NCBI GenBank assembly: GCA_028534125.1
Contig: CM052816.1
Span: 20,338,001 to 20,402,000 of the forward strand
Length of the DNA: 64,000 nucleotides
Direction of reading: 5' to 3'
Source: Lama glama
Taxonomy: Eukaryota
Every line of letters begins with the position of its first letter. The stretch's first letter is position 1. The notes beneath the pieces are model-generated. The model saw nothing but the letters and a program-made list of their open reading frames with translations. It made no database searches and was not told where the DNA came from. A program made the translations under genes and the position numbers. Shown piece after piece: positions 25,200 to 37,587 of this stretch.

Positions 25200-25340
25200 T
25201 TTTGAAGGTGGTATTGCTTAGCACTTAAAAGCTTAAGTTCTGGTCCAAATCTCAATTCTATTCCTTACGAGAGCTATTGTGAGGATTAGAGGAGATTATG
25301 TATACAACATGTTTAGCACAATGCCCAGTAAATGTGAGCT
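25200..25340 (+). mobile_element. MIR SINE with internal deletion
   Basis: 'ttgtgaggattagaggagattatgtatacaacatgtttagcacaatgccc'. Confidence 0.6.
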
Positions 25341-27751
25341 CTTCCTCCTGAAGGCCATTTACCCTTTCTTAGGACATTTGGAATTTAGAAGGGTTCCCAG
25401 GCTGGATAGTGGAATGGTTGGTTTAATGAAGGAGCAAGATCTAAACCCATGATTTCTGCTCTTCTCAGAAATTCTTTTTGCTTATTTGTTAAATTTGCAT
25501 CCTTTTATGTACTTATTCACTTACTAATTCTTCTTTGGATTTGCCTCTTCCTCTGATTGGGCAAGATAAACATGTGTGTCCTTCCCAAAGACCCAGCCAG
25601 GTGGATCCTCGAGTCTCTGCTGGTGGTGGCATGGTTCTGTAGCTGGTCCTCATCTACCGCCCCCTCCCCAGTGCCCACTGGCAGGCTTACTTCCATGACA
25701 ACACAAGGTCCACTCGATCACAAAGCTGCTTGATGTTGAAAAAAATGCATCAAAGTCTTCATTGGTTTCTTAGGCTCTGTGTGGCCTGAATTTTTGGATT
25801 GCCTGCAGTTTGGGATAATTTGTGGTTTTCCCTCCAGGTTAGGGTGATCTGTGTAACGGAGGGTTGGGTCTAACAGGAATTTGGGTTTGGTGCTCAGTAA
25901 AAAATATTGCAGATGCGTTGCTGGCAGCACTGTAGCCATCCTGTTGCCTGGCAGCCATGGACTCTCAGGGGCACAGCTGCCTCCATGGTGGGGAGGTGCT
26001 GGCTAAAAGCAATTGATCAGTGAATTCCGACCCAGTGAGACCCATGGCAGAAACTTCTCTTTGCACTGGGACTGCTCTAGCTGCCAACTGAGGAGCTGGG
26101 TTCCACAGCTGGGCAGGAGGGAGGAGGAGAGGTGGGTAAGATCAGAGGGGCCCCAACCTAGGTTCTGACACCTCATTGAAGTAAAACCTCCATGTATCAT
26201 TAGCTTCGGGCCTGGTGGCATGATGACTCCTATATACCATGCTCACCACTCTAGGATATCTTTGCCTGACTGTGCTGCCCTTGTCATCAAAATCCTCTTC
26301 TTTTTCTCCTGAGAAATTTATCCTTTCTTGGACAAGTGCATGAACTCCCCCAGAAGAAAGGAGGTGGCCAGTAAGGGACTCCCAAAAGATGGCAACAGGG
26401 TCCAACTTGCCATTTGGAAAAACAAAATAAGTTCTTTGGTTCAGAAGAACAGCTGCTCTTACCTCCACCATGATGGCCAAGCAGAGTGGGATGGCACGGG
26501 CCGAGGAGGGAACTGGGAGCTTCTTCAAGCCCTCAAAGACTCACTCATGTGATCCATCCTTAGGTATTAGGGTTGCAAACATGACCTTGGCCAGATCTGT
26601 CCAGGTCACAGGGGGAGGGAGGAGAGGTTGAAACCATATCCTCATTCTACAGGCTTCACAGATGGAGGCCAGGGTCTGCAGTATAGAATGTTTGTTTTAT
26701 AAGAAAACACACACAAGCAGGCAAACCCCAGTAAGTTCACAGTTCAGAGTACTAAACTCTTCCAAGAGGAAACTCCAAGGAAATCCAGTTAGGAAGCCTT
26801 TAATCCAATACGTCTCTGGACTCTTGGACTCCGCATTATGAAGGAGAGGGGGAGAGGCTGGGAGGTAGAAGCCCAGTGACTCTTTCCACCTGGGTTGGCG
26901 GGATCCCTGGGTGAGGGTATCCTGGCTGGGATGCTGATGGCAGGCTTCTACTCAATGAGTCAGAGACAGGTTGAGCACATCCTGAGAGCTGTCTGATTGT
27001 GCTAAGCCTTGCCCTTCTCTCTCCATGGGCACTCCCCCAGGTCATACACCACTGGCATCTCTTGCAATGCTGTGGCCCACTCCTTGTGGGTCTTTCACGA
27101 TCCAGGTGAGTGATGAGATGGTCATATGTAGTGTACGGCTGATGATACCTAAAGCACTAACATTTCAAGGTAATGTACTTTTTTCTAGATTAGTGAATTC
27201 AAGGTTGTTTGTTTAGAATCTCATTTTCCTTCTGCTGTTGGTTTGAAAGGTGATGGGAGGTGCCATTACAGAGTTTGAGGAGTTGTGTGTGACCCATGGC
27301 CTCTCTTACTGACATCAGAGCCTCTGGTCTGGAAATGTCCACAGGAATGGGTCAGGCACATGGACACTGCTGGAATTAAAGTAATAATTGGTATCCTGGA
27401 CTTTACAACAACCCCTTATGAGGCCTTCTTGCCTTCAATCTTGCCTCCTCCAATTCGTCTTCCACACCGTGGACAGAAAGATTTTTCTAGCATGCAACCG
27501 AGCGTGTCCGTCACAGTTTTCTTTTCACGAAGAACAAAAAGCACTCCCTGGAAGCACCCTTGGCATGGCCTACAGGACCCTGCGTGATGGCTTCCAGTCC
27601 TCCAACCTCCAGCCACAGTCCTCAGATAGCATTAAGGTCAGGGATGGTCGAGTGTGGGTAACACACGGGTGCTCCCACTGGTTGTCTTTCTCTGCATTTC
27701 CAGCACCGGAGACTGAAGACCTGACTCACAGAGTCAGAGAAGTGCGGGCTA

Positions 27752-27808
27752 GCTTTGGTAACTCTGTCATGACTCGGCTTTGCTTCTGCCTCCTTCTTTC
27801 AGGTGAGC
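27752..27808 (+). promoter_or_regulatory. Candidate 3' splice site directly followed by a 5' splice-site motif (recursive-site-like)
   Basis: About 48 nt without AG, pyrimidine tract, then cag|gtgagc (AG 27801-27802). Confidence 0.3.
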
Positions 27809-28464
27809 TGGAACACCAGGCAGGTCTTCAGGAAGTACTTCTCTCATCCTTGCAAACTGAGGGGTAGCAAAGATAAAACGTGCACCATTCTGAAGATTTG
27901 GGGCATCTCTTTAGCTTGTAGAGCACCTAGTTTGCTTATGACAAAATAGACCTACACCGGCAGGCTGGCAAATGTTTTTCTGTTGCTGTCATTGCAGAGA
28001 AACTTCAGACCCTTGTTAATAGACTGTGACTCAGAGGCAGGAAGGGAGCAGTGGAGATTAAAAACAGCAGAGTTTGTTTGGGGACAGATGTGTATTTTGG
28101 CAAAGGAAAAAACAGACAAACAAAAACAAAAAAGAGAAAGAAAAAAATTCCAGCATGGACTGTGCCGTGGCCTTTTCTTCCTAAACTCGTGTTGATTGTA
28201 GGGAGAAAGGAGTTAGGCATGAGATATTTCTAGGCCTTTCCAGAGGGAAACATCTGATGGATGTTGATAAAGAGGGACCTGCCTTGGACACTGAGAGGCA
28301 CATTAGGAGGAGAAGGAGGTCATAAGGGGGCACTTCTGGGTAAGGAGCCTGCTCTGACAGCCCCGCAGGGATGCCCTGCTCTTTGAGGTCCTGCACTGCA
28401 CAGCCCCCCGCTTACTCTCACACTCTCTTGCTGGTTTACCCAGGATACTGATCAGCACATACAC

Positions 28465-28892
28465 AAGATGTTTCCCTGAACGTGGCTTGCTTTTAACAAG
28501 GAATGTGACAGAAGTAGCTGGATGTGATTTCCAAGGCTGGGTTATAAAGACATCAGTGTTCCACCTTATGCTCTCTTGGAGGGCTCATTGTGAGGGAAGC
28601 AGGTTGCCATGTTGTGAAGACACTCAGCAGCCTGTGGAAAGGTCCGCATGGGAGACAGTGAGGCCTCCTGCCAATAATGGGTATCAGCTTACCAGCCATG
28701 TGAGTAAGCAATCTTGGAAACCCTTCCTCAGTTCCAGGCAAACTTTCAGGTAAGTCCACAGCCCCGGCTCACATTCTGACTGCAACCTTATGAGAGACCC
28801 TGAGCCACCACCACCTAGCTAATCCCCTTTTGAATTCCTGATCCACAGAAATTGTGGGATTATAAATATTTATTGTTTTTTAACCTCTGTTT
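28465..28892 (+). mobile_element. MLT1F-like LTR
   Basis: 'gccatgttgtgaagacactcagcagcctgtggaaaggtcc', 'gactgcaaccttatgagagaccctgagcca', 'gaattcctgatccacagaaattgtg'. Confidence 0.85.
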
Positions 28893-28929
28893 TAATCTAA
28901 AGCACAGCCCCCTTTCATTTTTTTCATTC

Positions 28930-29150
28930 AATAGAACCTGAATCAGTTCTTTTAACTTGTTCTTTTGTCCTCTTTGTTTCCTGCAAATGGAAGTTAGCTC
29001 TAGAAACTTGGTTGTGGTTCAACATTTTTGGCAAGACTACTTTATAGGTGGTGCTTTGTGCATGAAATGATGAATGTCAGAAGGTACCCAGTGTCTGGGT
29101 GTCTCATGCTTAATAGTGTTAAGACTGATCAGTGGGTTCAGGGGGTCTGG
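28930..29150 (-). mobile_element. Old L1 (L1ME/L1MC-like) 3' UTR fragment
   Basis: 'ggaagttagctctaga..tttttggcaagactactttataggtggtgct..gttaagactgatcagtgggttcagg'. Confidence 0.55.
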
Positions 29151-29372
29151 CTACATTTTTGAACTTCAAGGACAAAGGGAAAGTAGTCCTATAGTTAGAA
29201 AAGCTAGATTACCCACCATGAGACACAGTTGGAATCCAAGAATTTTGTAACTAACCAAGCTGGTTTTTATTTGTGAGTGAAGATGATAGAATGACTGATT
29301 CTGATATGCAAAAGTTTAGAAATATATACCAGCCACATATAATTCTTGGGGGAAAATACCTTGAGGATGTCT
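29151..29372 (+). mobile_element. HAL1/L1 ORF1-like degenerate fragment
   Basis: 'atccaagaattttgtaactaaccaagctg..ctgatatgcaaaagtttagaaatatatacc..ccttgaggatgt' resembles the end of ORF1. Confidence 0.45.
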
Positions 29373-32300
29373 GTCATTTATTCACGCATTTATTTTTAAT
29401 TCAACAACTGTTTACGAACCTCCCGTGTGCCCAGGCACTCTGCTAGGTAGGGGCTGGAACTTGAACTGTGCAGGAAGGAATGAAATTAAGACTTGAGCAT
29501 GGAGAAGCCATGTGTGAAGTCAAGGGCCAGGTGGTGAGACTGAGACACTGATGCATAGAGAGAATCCAAGAAATAATCTTCAGTCTGGTTGTAAACTGTC
29601 CTGGTCAGGCTGTTGTTCCAAGCCAGCTCAGGTCGGCCCCTGCTTCAGGAATATCTGATGGAAAGTGGAGAGAGCTGGGAAACCCCTCAGCTGTGGGCAG
29701 TGCAGGCCTGGACCGAATCCCACTGCTGCCCAAGGGTCTGGACGTGTGGAAGAGGAAAGAGCATCCTTGTGGGAAAGCACAGGCTCCAAGCTGGGCAGGG
29801 AGCAATAGAGGTGGCAGCCCACCAGCCCTCTAGTTCCACCTGCTGTCTCTTCTGCCAGGAGTTCTGGGATCCGCTGAGTGTGGAGGGACCGTCTTTGCAG
29901 GGCCATCTTTCCCAGGGCCCAGAGTGCAGTCCCAGCCATGGTCAGGGCACAGGCCCTGGTCGTAGTCTTTGCCAGAAGCCTCCTCTCTTTCTTACACTAG
30001 AAACAGGCCCAGGAGGGCCCCAGGTGCTCACAAACTGCCTCCTGTCGGAAGGTTTCCTGCTCCTCTGACTACTGGCTCTGAATTGACTTTAGGGGGTTCC
30101 CATCAGCCCCAGGTGCCCAGTGGGGAGCATGTGGGTTGGTTGTGCATGAATCACTGGGTGCCACCCTCAGCTGGGGGTGTCTCTCTGGCCCTGTGGCAAC
30201 AGGGCTGGGAGATCCTTTAAGAGAAGCTGGAATCACAGAACGAGGGAGAAGAAAGAATACTGGTTTTAGAGGTAATTAGAAAGTCTTTCCTTATTTCTCT
30301 GTGTGGAAATCTCTGACCAGACTTAAAGGAAAGCGCTGGCACCCTTGCAGGTAGTGCCTGTCTGCTTCTCCCTGCGCCTTCGGGCGTGCTCTGCAAATCA
30401 ACGGGCATCCCACCACCTGCCAGCATTCCTTTTGTTCTGCTTTATCTTTTTCCTTTTTTCTTTATTGCTACTCTCGAGCGACAGTGTAAAAATAACTGTG
30501 ACCCCATAACTCTCTTGGCCCCCTACCTTAGCCAAGCTCTAAATCCCCCTGTCTGTACCTTTTCCACTGTGGATGTGTAAACTCCCAGCCTTTCAGCTCT
30601 CTGCGAAACCTCCCTTCCACTTTCTAGATACTGTGGACAAGGAGATCAGACCAGGTGTCAGTGGTTTATGTTTTAGATTGCTGCGTGGCCTTGGGGTGTC
30701 TCCAGACCTCTCTGGTTTCCTCTGATTTTCTCATCTTCAGCCTGCTCTCTCTCCTGTGCTTTGTGCAGTGTCTGACTGAAACAGTGTTTGAATCTTTTCC
30801 AGTGTGTGGATGGACTTCCCCTGTGTCCATCCCTGCCTTCAGACCAGGGCTTGTCCAGTGCAGCCTAGCCCAGACCAAAAGGTGAATGAGTTCTTGTTGG
30901 AGGTCATGGATGATTTGATCTCAATCTTCTTGAGGGAGATGTCCAGTGTGGGCCCTGTATCAGGCAAAAAAAGTGTGCCCACCCTAAATTGTGCCTGTTG
31001 TTTCTTTAGCCCTTCTCTCTGCTGCTTATATGGAGGGAAACGGGGTGAGCTATCTGCCCTGCCTTCCCTCCAACTCTCCCAACTGCCTGGGAGTCCCAAA
31101 GCAGATCAGGGTCAGAGCAGCCCTCTGGCCCTGAAGCGTCCCAGTCAGGTCTGGAGTCTACATGCCCAACCCTGTGCCCAACTCCCATCTCTTTTCTCCT
31201 CTGGGACATATCCAAGGCATTTAGCATCTCTTTCTTTGTCGTATTTTTGACTGTATTTGTTTGTTTGTTTCATTTTTTTGCCTTTCAAGTTCTACTGTGT
31301 TCTCTAATTGCTCCAGAAGCCAGACAGATGGACCGATTTCTTTAGCCAAAATGAAATTTAAAAATCATCTCAGAGTGAACGGGATGCTCATATGTTACAG
31401 TTAACTTGCATGTCTCTTCTCGATGGCTAGTTTGCCGTCACAAAAGCTTCCTGTTTTTAATAAGCCATCTGGGCCTGGCCATACCTCCCTCCAGAAGGCG
31501 TCTAGCAGCTTTGCTGAACTTGGCGAAGGATGCTGTTGACCAGAAATGACCAGCTGGAATGTGAGATCCCCCAACTTGGGTAGAACTGGGCATGATTCAG
31601 GCTGAATAAGACATGCCAGATCATTCTGTCCTGCCTTCATTGTGCGGCTGTGGGACATGCGTCCTTGGAGAGCAATGGCCCAGGATCACACAGCTGGGAA
31701 TAAAAGCTTCCTTTCTTTTACATTACAGAGCCTGTCTCAGAGAAGAGGCTTAATAAGATGTCGTTAGAAGAATGAATGGATGATCTTCTTCAAGAGGAAT
31801 TTGAGAATCTTGATGAGGTGGGCATGGTTGAGAGACTTGAACTCTTGCTATCTCCACTTTGGAACTCTCCAGCCTTAGAAATAAGAGATGAATAAATTTC
31901 TATCTTCCCAAACCACTTGAATATTTGGTCTTCAGTCTCATGCCTGAGAGCCTCAGTCTGTTCATATAAAGAGAATTAAGTTCTAAAAAAGACTCTTCTG
32001 TCAGGCTAACCTCATATTCACTCCATTGAAGTTTATCCTGTAAAAGTCCAGTTGTAAGGGGACAAGGGGTCTACCGGATGACCCGTAGGTCACATTGCTC
32101 TGCTAGAGATTGTCAAAGACCATGAAACTGCTCTGATTATCAGAAGGTTGTTGATGAGCACAGAATAAGAGCCACGAATGTTGGGTGTTCTCAGGGATGT
32201 TCCCACCAAGCACGCCCCTCTATTCCTGAGACTCATTCTTCTAATGCCCAGGACACCCCCGCCTCTGAACTGGGGAGCAGGGCAGTACAAAGAACAGGAT

Positions 32301-32594
32301 CCTCTCTGTATCTCCTTGCTTTCTGAATCATACAACCTTGAAATTTTCTTTCTTTTTCTTCTTCCTTTCTCCCATTATTAGTAGGGTGTGTTGGTGGTGG
32401 GTAAATTTACCATTTAGTCTGTAGGTGGTAGAATATTGAGGTGGGAGAAATGAATGTTACCCAGAGATCTTGGGCCTGAAGTTGGAGCAGTAACTAGAGA
32501 TGACTTTAGGCTGTTTGCTTTTGAGAAGGGATGGGATGGTAATACAATGTTAGATGGAGGAGTTTTTTAAAAGTGTATGTGAGGAAACCTCCAC

Positions 32595-32812
32595 AGTTAA
32601 CACTTACTGAGCTCTTACTGGGTGCCAGGCACTGTGCTAAAACTTCACATGCATTATTTGTGTAATCCTCCCAGCAAGTCTTACTGGTGATATTATCCCT
32701 GTTTTATCAATAAGGAAACAGATACAGAAAATTTACATAGTTCTCCCAAGGTCATGTATTGGTCGAGACAGGATTCAAACCTTGACAGTCTGGTTCCAAA
32801 GCCCTAAGGTAT
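32595..32812 (-). mobile_element. MIR SINE
   Basis: 'cacttactgagctcttactgggtgccaggcactgtgctaa..taatcctc..aggaaacaga..cccaaggtca..ggattcaaacc..gtctggttccaaagccc'. Confidence 0.85.
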
Positions 32813-32830
32813 ATGGCTATCTGGGCAGGA

Positions 32831-32866
32831 GTGTGTGTGTGTATGTGTGTGTGCGCGTGCACGCAC
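32831..32866. repeat. (TG)n/alternating purine-pyrimidine tract
   Basis: gtgtgtgtgtgtatgtgtgtgtgcgcgtgcacgcac. Confidence 0.85.
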
Positions 32867-34706
32867 CGACGTGTTCATGAATCTACATATGCAGGCAAGC
32901 ACGTGCCAAGCAGCCAGGAGGTTGTACATGATGCACTTCTTTTATTTCAGCTACTTGGCCTTTCCTTTCCTTTTCTGGTAAGCACCCCTCTTGTCTTTTG
33001 GGGAACTTCCTGTACCAAATTTCAGGGACCATTGCTCACAGAACTAGACCCCAGGTAGACACATGGCTGCGCTGGGCCTACCAGCCCCTGGATTTGAATC
33101 TGCGGTGGAGTTGTCCTGAGCTCTGTGCCTTAAGGAGGTGGCCTGTGACTCATGTCACCCAGGGCAGCTCTTGGACAGATTGAATTCCTGTCCTTCCCAA
33201 GACCTTTGCTTCTCTGAGCTTCCCTTTAATAGTCTGATAAATTCCTTTCTTTTCAATCTTTTTTTTCCAGGATCTTTCCACTTCCTTTCTTCTTTCTTTC
33301 TTTTCTTTTCCCCTCTCCCTCTCTCTCTCTCCCTTCCCTCTGAAGTACAATGCTTACAACTAAAGAACCTTATCTGATACTCTCCTCACTTCTTCTTGTT
33401 TTTTGTTTTTTTCCCCCAGTAATTCAGTTTGGTTGCTGACCATTCTATCTCTAAGTCATTTCATACCATGTTGCCCAATTCCCAAGAGGAAATTGACCAC
33501 ATGAAGGACCGTTGTATACATGCAGGCTGATTCCAGTCTCTGTAACAAAGATGGTTTAGCTTCAAGGACCTAGAGTTGTACCCTCTTTCCAGTTCCTTCC
33601 TTTCATTTCTGTCCCTCCATGTCTGGAGATATCTTGCTTAGGGAACATGGAGCCCTGCTTCCAGTGATAAAATTGGGAGAACTTCCTTACCCCAGCAGCT
33701 CATTTCCAGATCCCGTGGTAGTATGAGTCCCTTCTGGGAGATTTCCTGGGGCTGCTGCCCTGATCGAAGGTGTGTAGATTCCCAGGCACTCTAGCTGCAG
33801 AGGCTCTAACTTGGACGCCTGGTGGATACTGATCCGCACCTGGGAGAACTGTGCTTCCACAGGCTCTCATCCCAAGATCCTTGAGCCGGGAGTGCCTTTT
33901 GGCTCTGCATCGTTGTTTGCTGAACACTCATAATCTGCTAGGCGCTAGGCAGGAGACCTCTTCTTATTCACTTTTCTGTTTCAAATGGCCACTCCCAGGC
34001 TTGGAACAATACGAAACTGTTGAGTGAGTGAAGGGTACAGCTCCCTTCAACAGGCTGGAACACCAGCCTGTTGTTCTTGGCCAGGCTCTGGATAGAATAT
34101 CCCAGAGCTGGGTGCTCCCTCACCTTGGCCCTTTTCACCTCCCCATTCTTTCTTTCTGTGCACAAAGGACCAGCAGAGCTTGTCTGTAAGTTATCAGTGC
34201 TTCTCTTCCCATCCCTTCCCGTCCAGGCCCATAGTTCCTGATGGAGTTTTAAGGGTGGTGGATGGCTCCCCCTGACCAGTAACTGCCCTCATCCTCTTGG
34301 TTCCCCTAAAGCTGTCCTGGAACCCTCTGCCCTTTTCACTCTTTCTATCCCCAGCTTCCTCACTATGTCAGGATGAGGTTGCAAGGATTTATTTCAGCTG
34401 TGTGGGACTGAATGGTCTCTGGGTCACACTTGAATTGCCCCTTTTAAACCAGTGTGGAATGGTTCTAGGGTTCAGATTTGGGGAGGAAGTCTATGTCCTG
34501 CTTTGCAATCTTCTTGGCCTTAGAAACTAAGATACTGGCTGGGTCTTCACCTGTCTGTCCCTAGCAAGGCCTCCTTATCTTACTTCTTCCCCTGAGGGCA
34601 GCACCTCCTGCTCCTGGGCTCTTGAAGTGATTGTCCCCTGGGTTGTCCCTTCACAGTTAGCCTATCCCACAGCCTTTGGTGACTGCTCCCCAGGTCTGTT
34701 TGGTGA

Positions 34707-35321
34707 TGAGATAGGAAGGAAGGGGACAGGGCACGGCCATTCAAGGAATGACACAGCAATTAACACCGAGTGGTGCACGATTTGACTTCTGGTAGACCTT
34801 GAGCTTCATTATGCACTCACTGTAAGATATTAACATGGTGAATGACATGCCCATATGCACCATGACAGGTCAATGTCATGTCATGTCATGACATAAGGCT
34901 GACCATAAAAGGTCAAAACGTGGGCAGTGGCCCAGTTCCTGGGAATCCCATCCCCTTCCCCAGAGTAGTTGGAATAATCCTCCCACGTGTTAGCATATGA
35001 AGTTACTGAGCCCATAAAAACTAGCAACCCCACACCCCATGGCCACTCTCCCTTCTGAGTGAGATGGACTGCACTCTGTGGAGTGTATATCTACTTTTAC
35101 TTTAAACTAAGCACCCAACCCTGTGCCTAGTAGCATTTCTCTTGCCTTCTGTGACAGCCTGTACTCTGTCTCTCTCTGAATAAATCTTTTACTCAACTTT
35201 GGCTTGCTTTTGAATTAGTTCCTACTTGAAGCCAAGCACCCACACTTGGTGGGGTGCATCCCAGGGACTCAAATGAGACCTGGGACATGGCCATCCTCTC
35301 ACCCCACCCTTTCCTGTGTCA
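34707..35321 (+). mobile_element. ERV1 solo LTR, MER41-like cetartiodactyl family
   Basis: TG..CA ends (tgagataggaaggaagggg..cctgtgtca); 4-bp flanks gtga/gtgg; 'cccataaaaacta' TATA-like element; AATAAA near 35179; recalled MER41-like blocks 'gacttctggtagaccttgagcttcattat' and 'gttggaataatcctcccac'. Confidence 0.8.
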
Positions 35322-37587
35322 GTGGGAACCTGGGTACAATGGTGATGTCTTTCTCCTGCGGATGATGGGGGCACCTGGACTGCAGAGATATAGCACCTGC
35401 AAGATGACTGCTTCAGCAATGGAAGAGGAGGTCGTGGTGTCCTTTTCAACAAAAAGTTTAAACTCACATTCTGATCTGTCTGCTACAATTTCTTAACATC
35501 CCAGGAAGTAGCCGTCTCTATTTCAGCTTCCACAAGAGTCCGGCTAAATCTTCTAGTCATTGAAATGCCTTTTGTTGTTGCCAAGTTTGCTGCCTGTTGG
35601 AGCTTTCCCATTTCATTGTCTGTCCCATTACTTCTGAAAGTGGATGGCTCTCTGGCTCCCTGAATCTTGCCTTTGTCTGTGACATAGTTAGCTCTGGATG
35701 TGGGATGTGGTTTGTATAATGTGAAGACATGATTGGGAATAAAGTGATGGTCCCCCAACTGCCACCCAGCTTTCGAATGTATAGTTAACACACTGATGTG
35801 CCACTGGCTCCAATTTGCAGCTCAATAATAATTCAAACATTAACATAGGAGGCTGTGGACTTCGAAAAAAAATGAGACTGCTTTTACATGAAACAGTGCT
35901 TTATCTTGCATGTGAAGTGGTGATATGCCTTTCTTAATTTCATTCAGCAGAGGATGGAAGAAAAAGAAAGAATTGTTCAAACTGGCTTTATTTTCAATAT
36001 TTGAAGTCTGATTGGTTTTACAAATTGAATCCCTTCATACTGTTTTGAAGTTGGAGGCGTGTTATTCAGCTGGGATCTTCTTCCTGTACAAGGAGCTCTA
36101 TTCGGAGCCAACTGCCCTGCCTCTCTTGAATCTATCCCTTCATTATTTTCAGTGTATACAATACTAAAATATGTTAGACCCCACAACAGAAAGAAATGCC
36201 CCTCGAGCCTCAAAAAACCCTGCTTTCTTCTTTTGACTCATTCACAGGGATAAAGGAAATTAGACAATTTCCAAAGCAGTGTTTCCTGGAGGAGAGTGAG
36301 GATGGCCATGCTGTGGTGAGGTGAAGCCCCCCACAAAGGACATGGAGGAGAAGCTGCCCTTCCCCGTGGATGGGGAGCACCAGCTTCAGTGTTTTCAGGT
36401 ATTGTCGGCTGTGTTGTGCTCAGGGGTGGATGCCGTCTCTTGATACCAAGTAGCCCCATGGCCAGCAAGGCTGAGTATTGCATGGGTCTTGGTAAGGTCT
36501 AGATGAATGGCATGGCCCAGTTGGGTCATGCAATCACTTTGCAGCTGGTTTCCATCTTGCATGTATGAGTGAGGTGGACTCAGGCCTGAGGGTCAGGCAT
36601 AGGGATACTGACTAGCTGACATGGGTATCAGTTCTACACCAGGGAGATGACATTAGGCACCCTTTGATATCTCAGCTATTGGTGAGCAGAGTACTCGGAA
36701 TGCTGGAGAGGTGAAAGCAATAAGGATGGTCTGGTGATAACATTGTTCTTGGCTGGCTTAATCTAGATTCTCGGCTTCAGAACAGACTAAGGGACAGAGA
36801 GGATTTGGGGGGGGGGTCGGTCAATGTCCTTGAAAGTTTTATTTCATGAATAACACTGGTACTGACAAAATTTCCTATCTAGACCTTCATCTCTTTATTT
36901 TCCTAAAATGCGTCTCCCCAGTGTCAACAAATGGAGGGCCCTCTGGTGTTCAGCACAAGGTAAATTGCCCTTTTTCACATGATTAACTGCAGTTCTGGAG
37001 CCATGAAGCCAGCTTTAGTCCCACATACCCAGACATCCTCTCTCAAGTATTATGAAGGTCTCTATTAATAACAACCCCTTACACTGGTATAGAGCTTCAT
37101 CCTTTCCCAAATCTCCCCATCTATCATAGTGTTTTAGTATCACTCTTCACAATCCTGTGATTCCCAGAGTATGGTGCAGGCCAACTCACCCAGAGATGAC
37201 AAGACACTAACTAGTAGCCCTAGGCTGTTAGCCAGGATTCGGTGAAAGGCAGGAGGGAGGCAGAGGCAGGATTTTGAAGGTTGATTGTCTCTATGATCAA
37301 CAATTTAAAAGCATGGCAGGCATGTCTGAGAGATTTTCCTCTCCTAAACAAAACAAATCACAGATCTGAGGAGCTGGTGGCTCATGGAGTGCCCATCTCT
37401 GGTGGACCAGCCATTTATTGACAGACTAACGCGATATCTTAGTAATAGGCCATTTTCCCCATCACTGCACAGAACTAACCAACCTCCAAGTTGCATCTAA
37501 GTTTTCATCTCTGGATCTAGTTTGAGCTTTTTTCTGATAATGTCAATACAGTGAAACACCACACTTTGAAATACCCTCTAAAGATGA

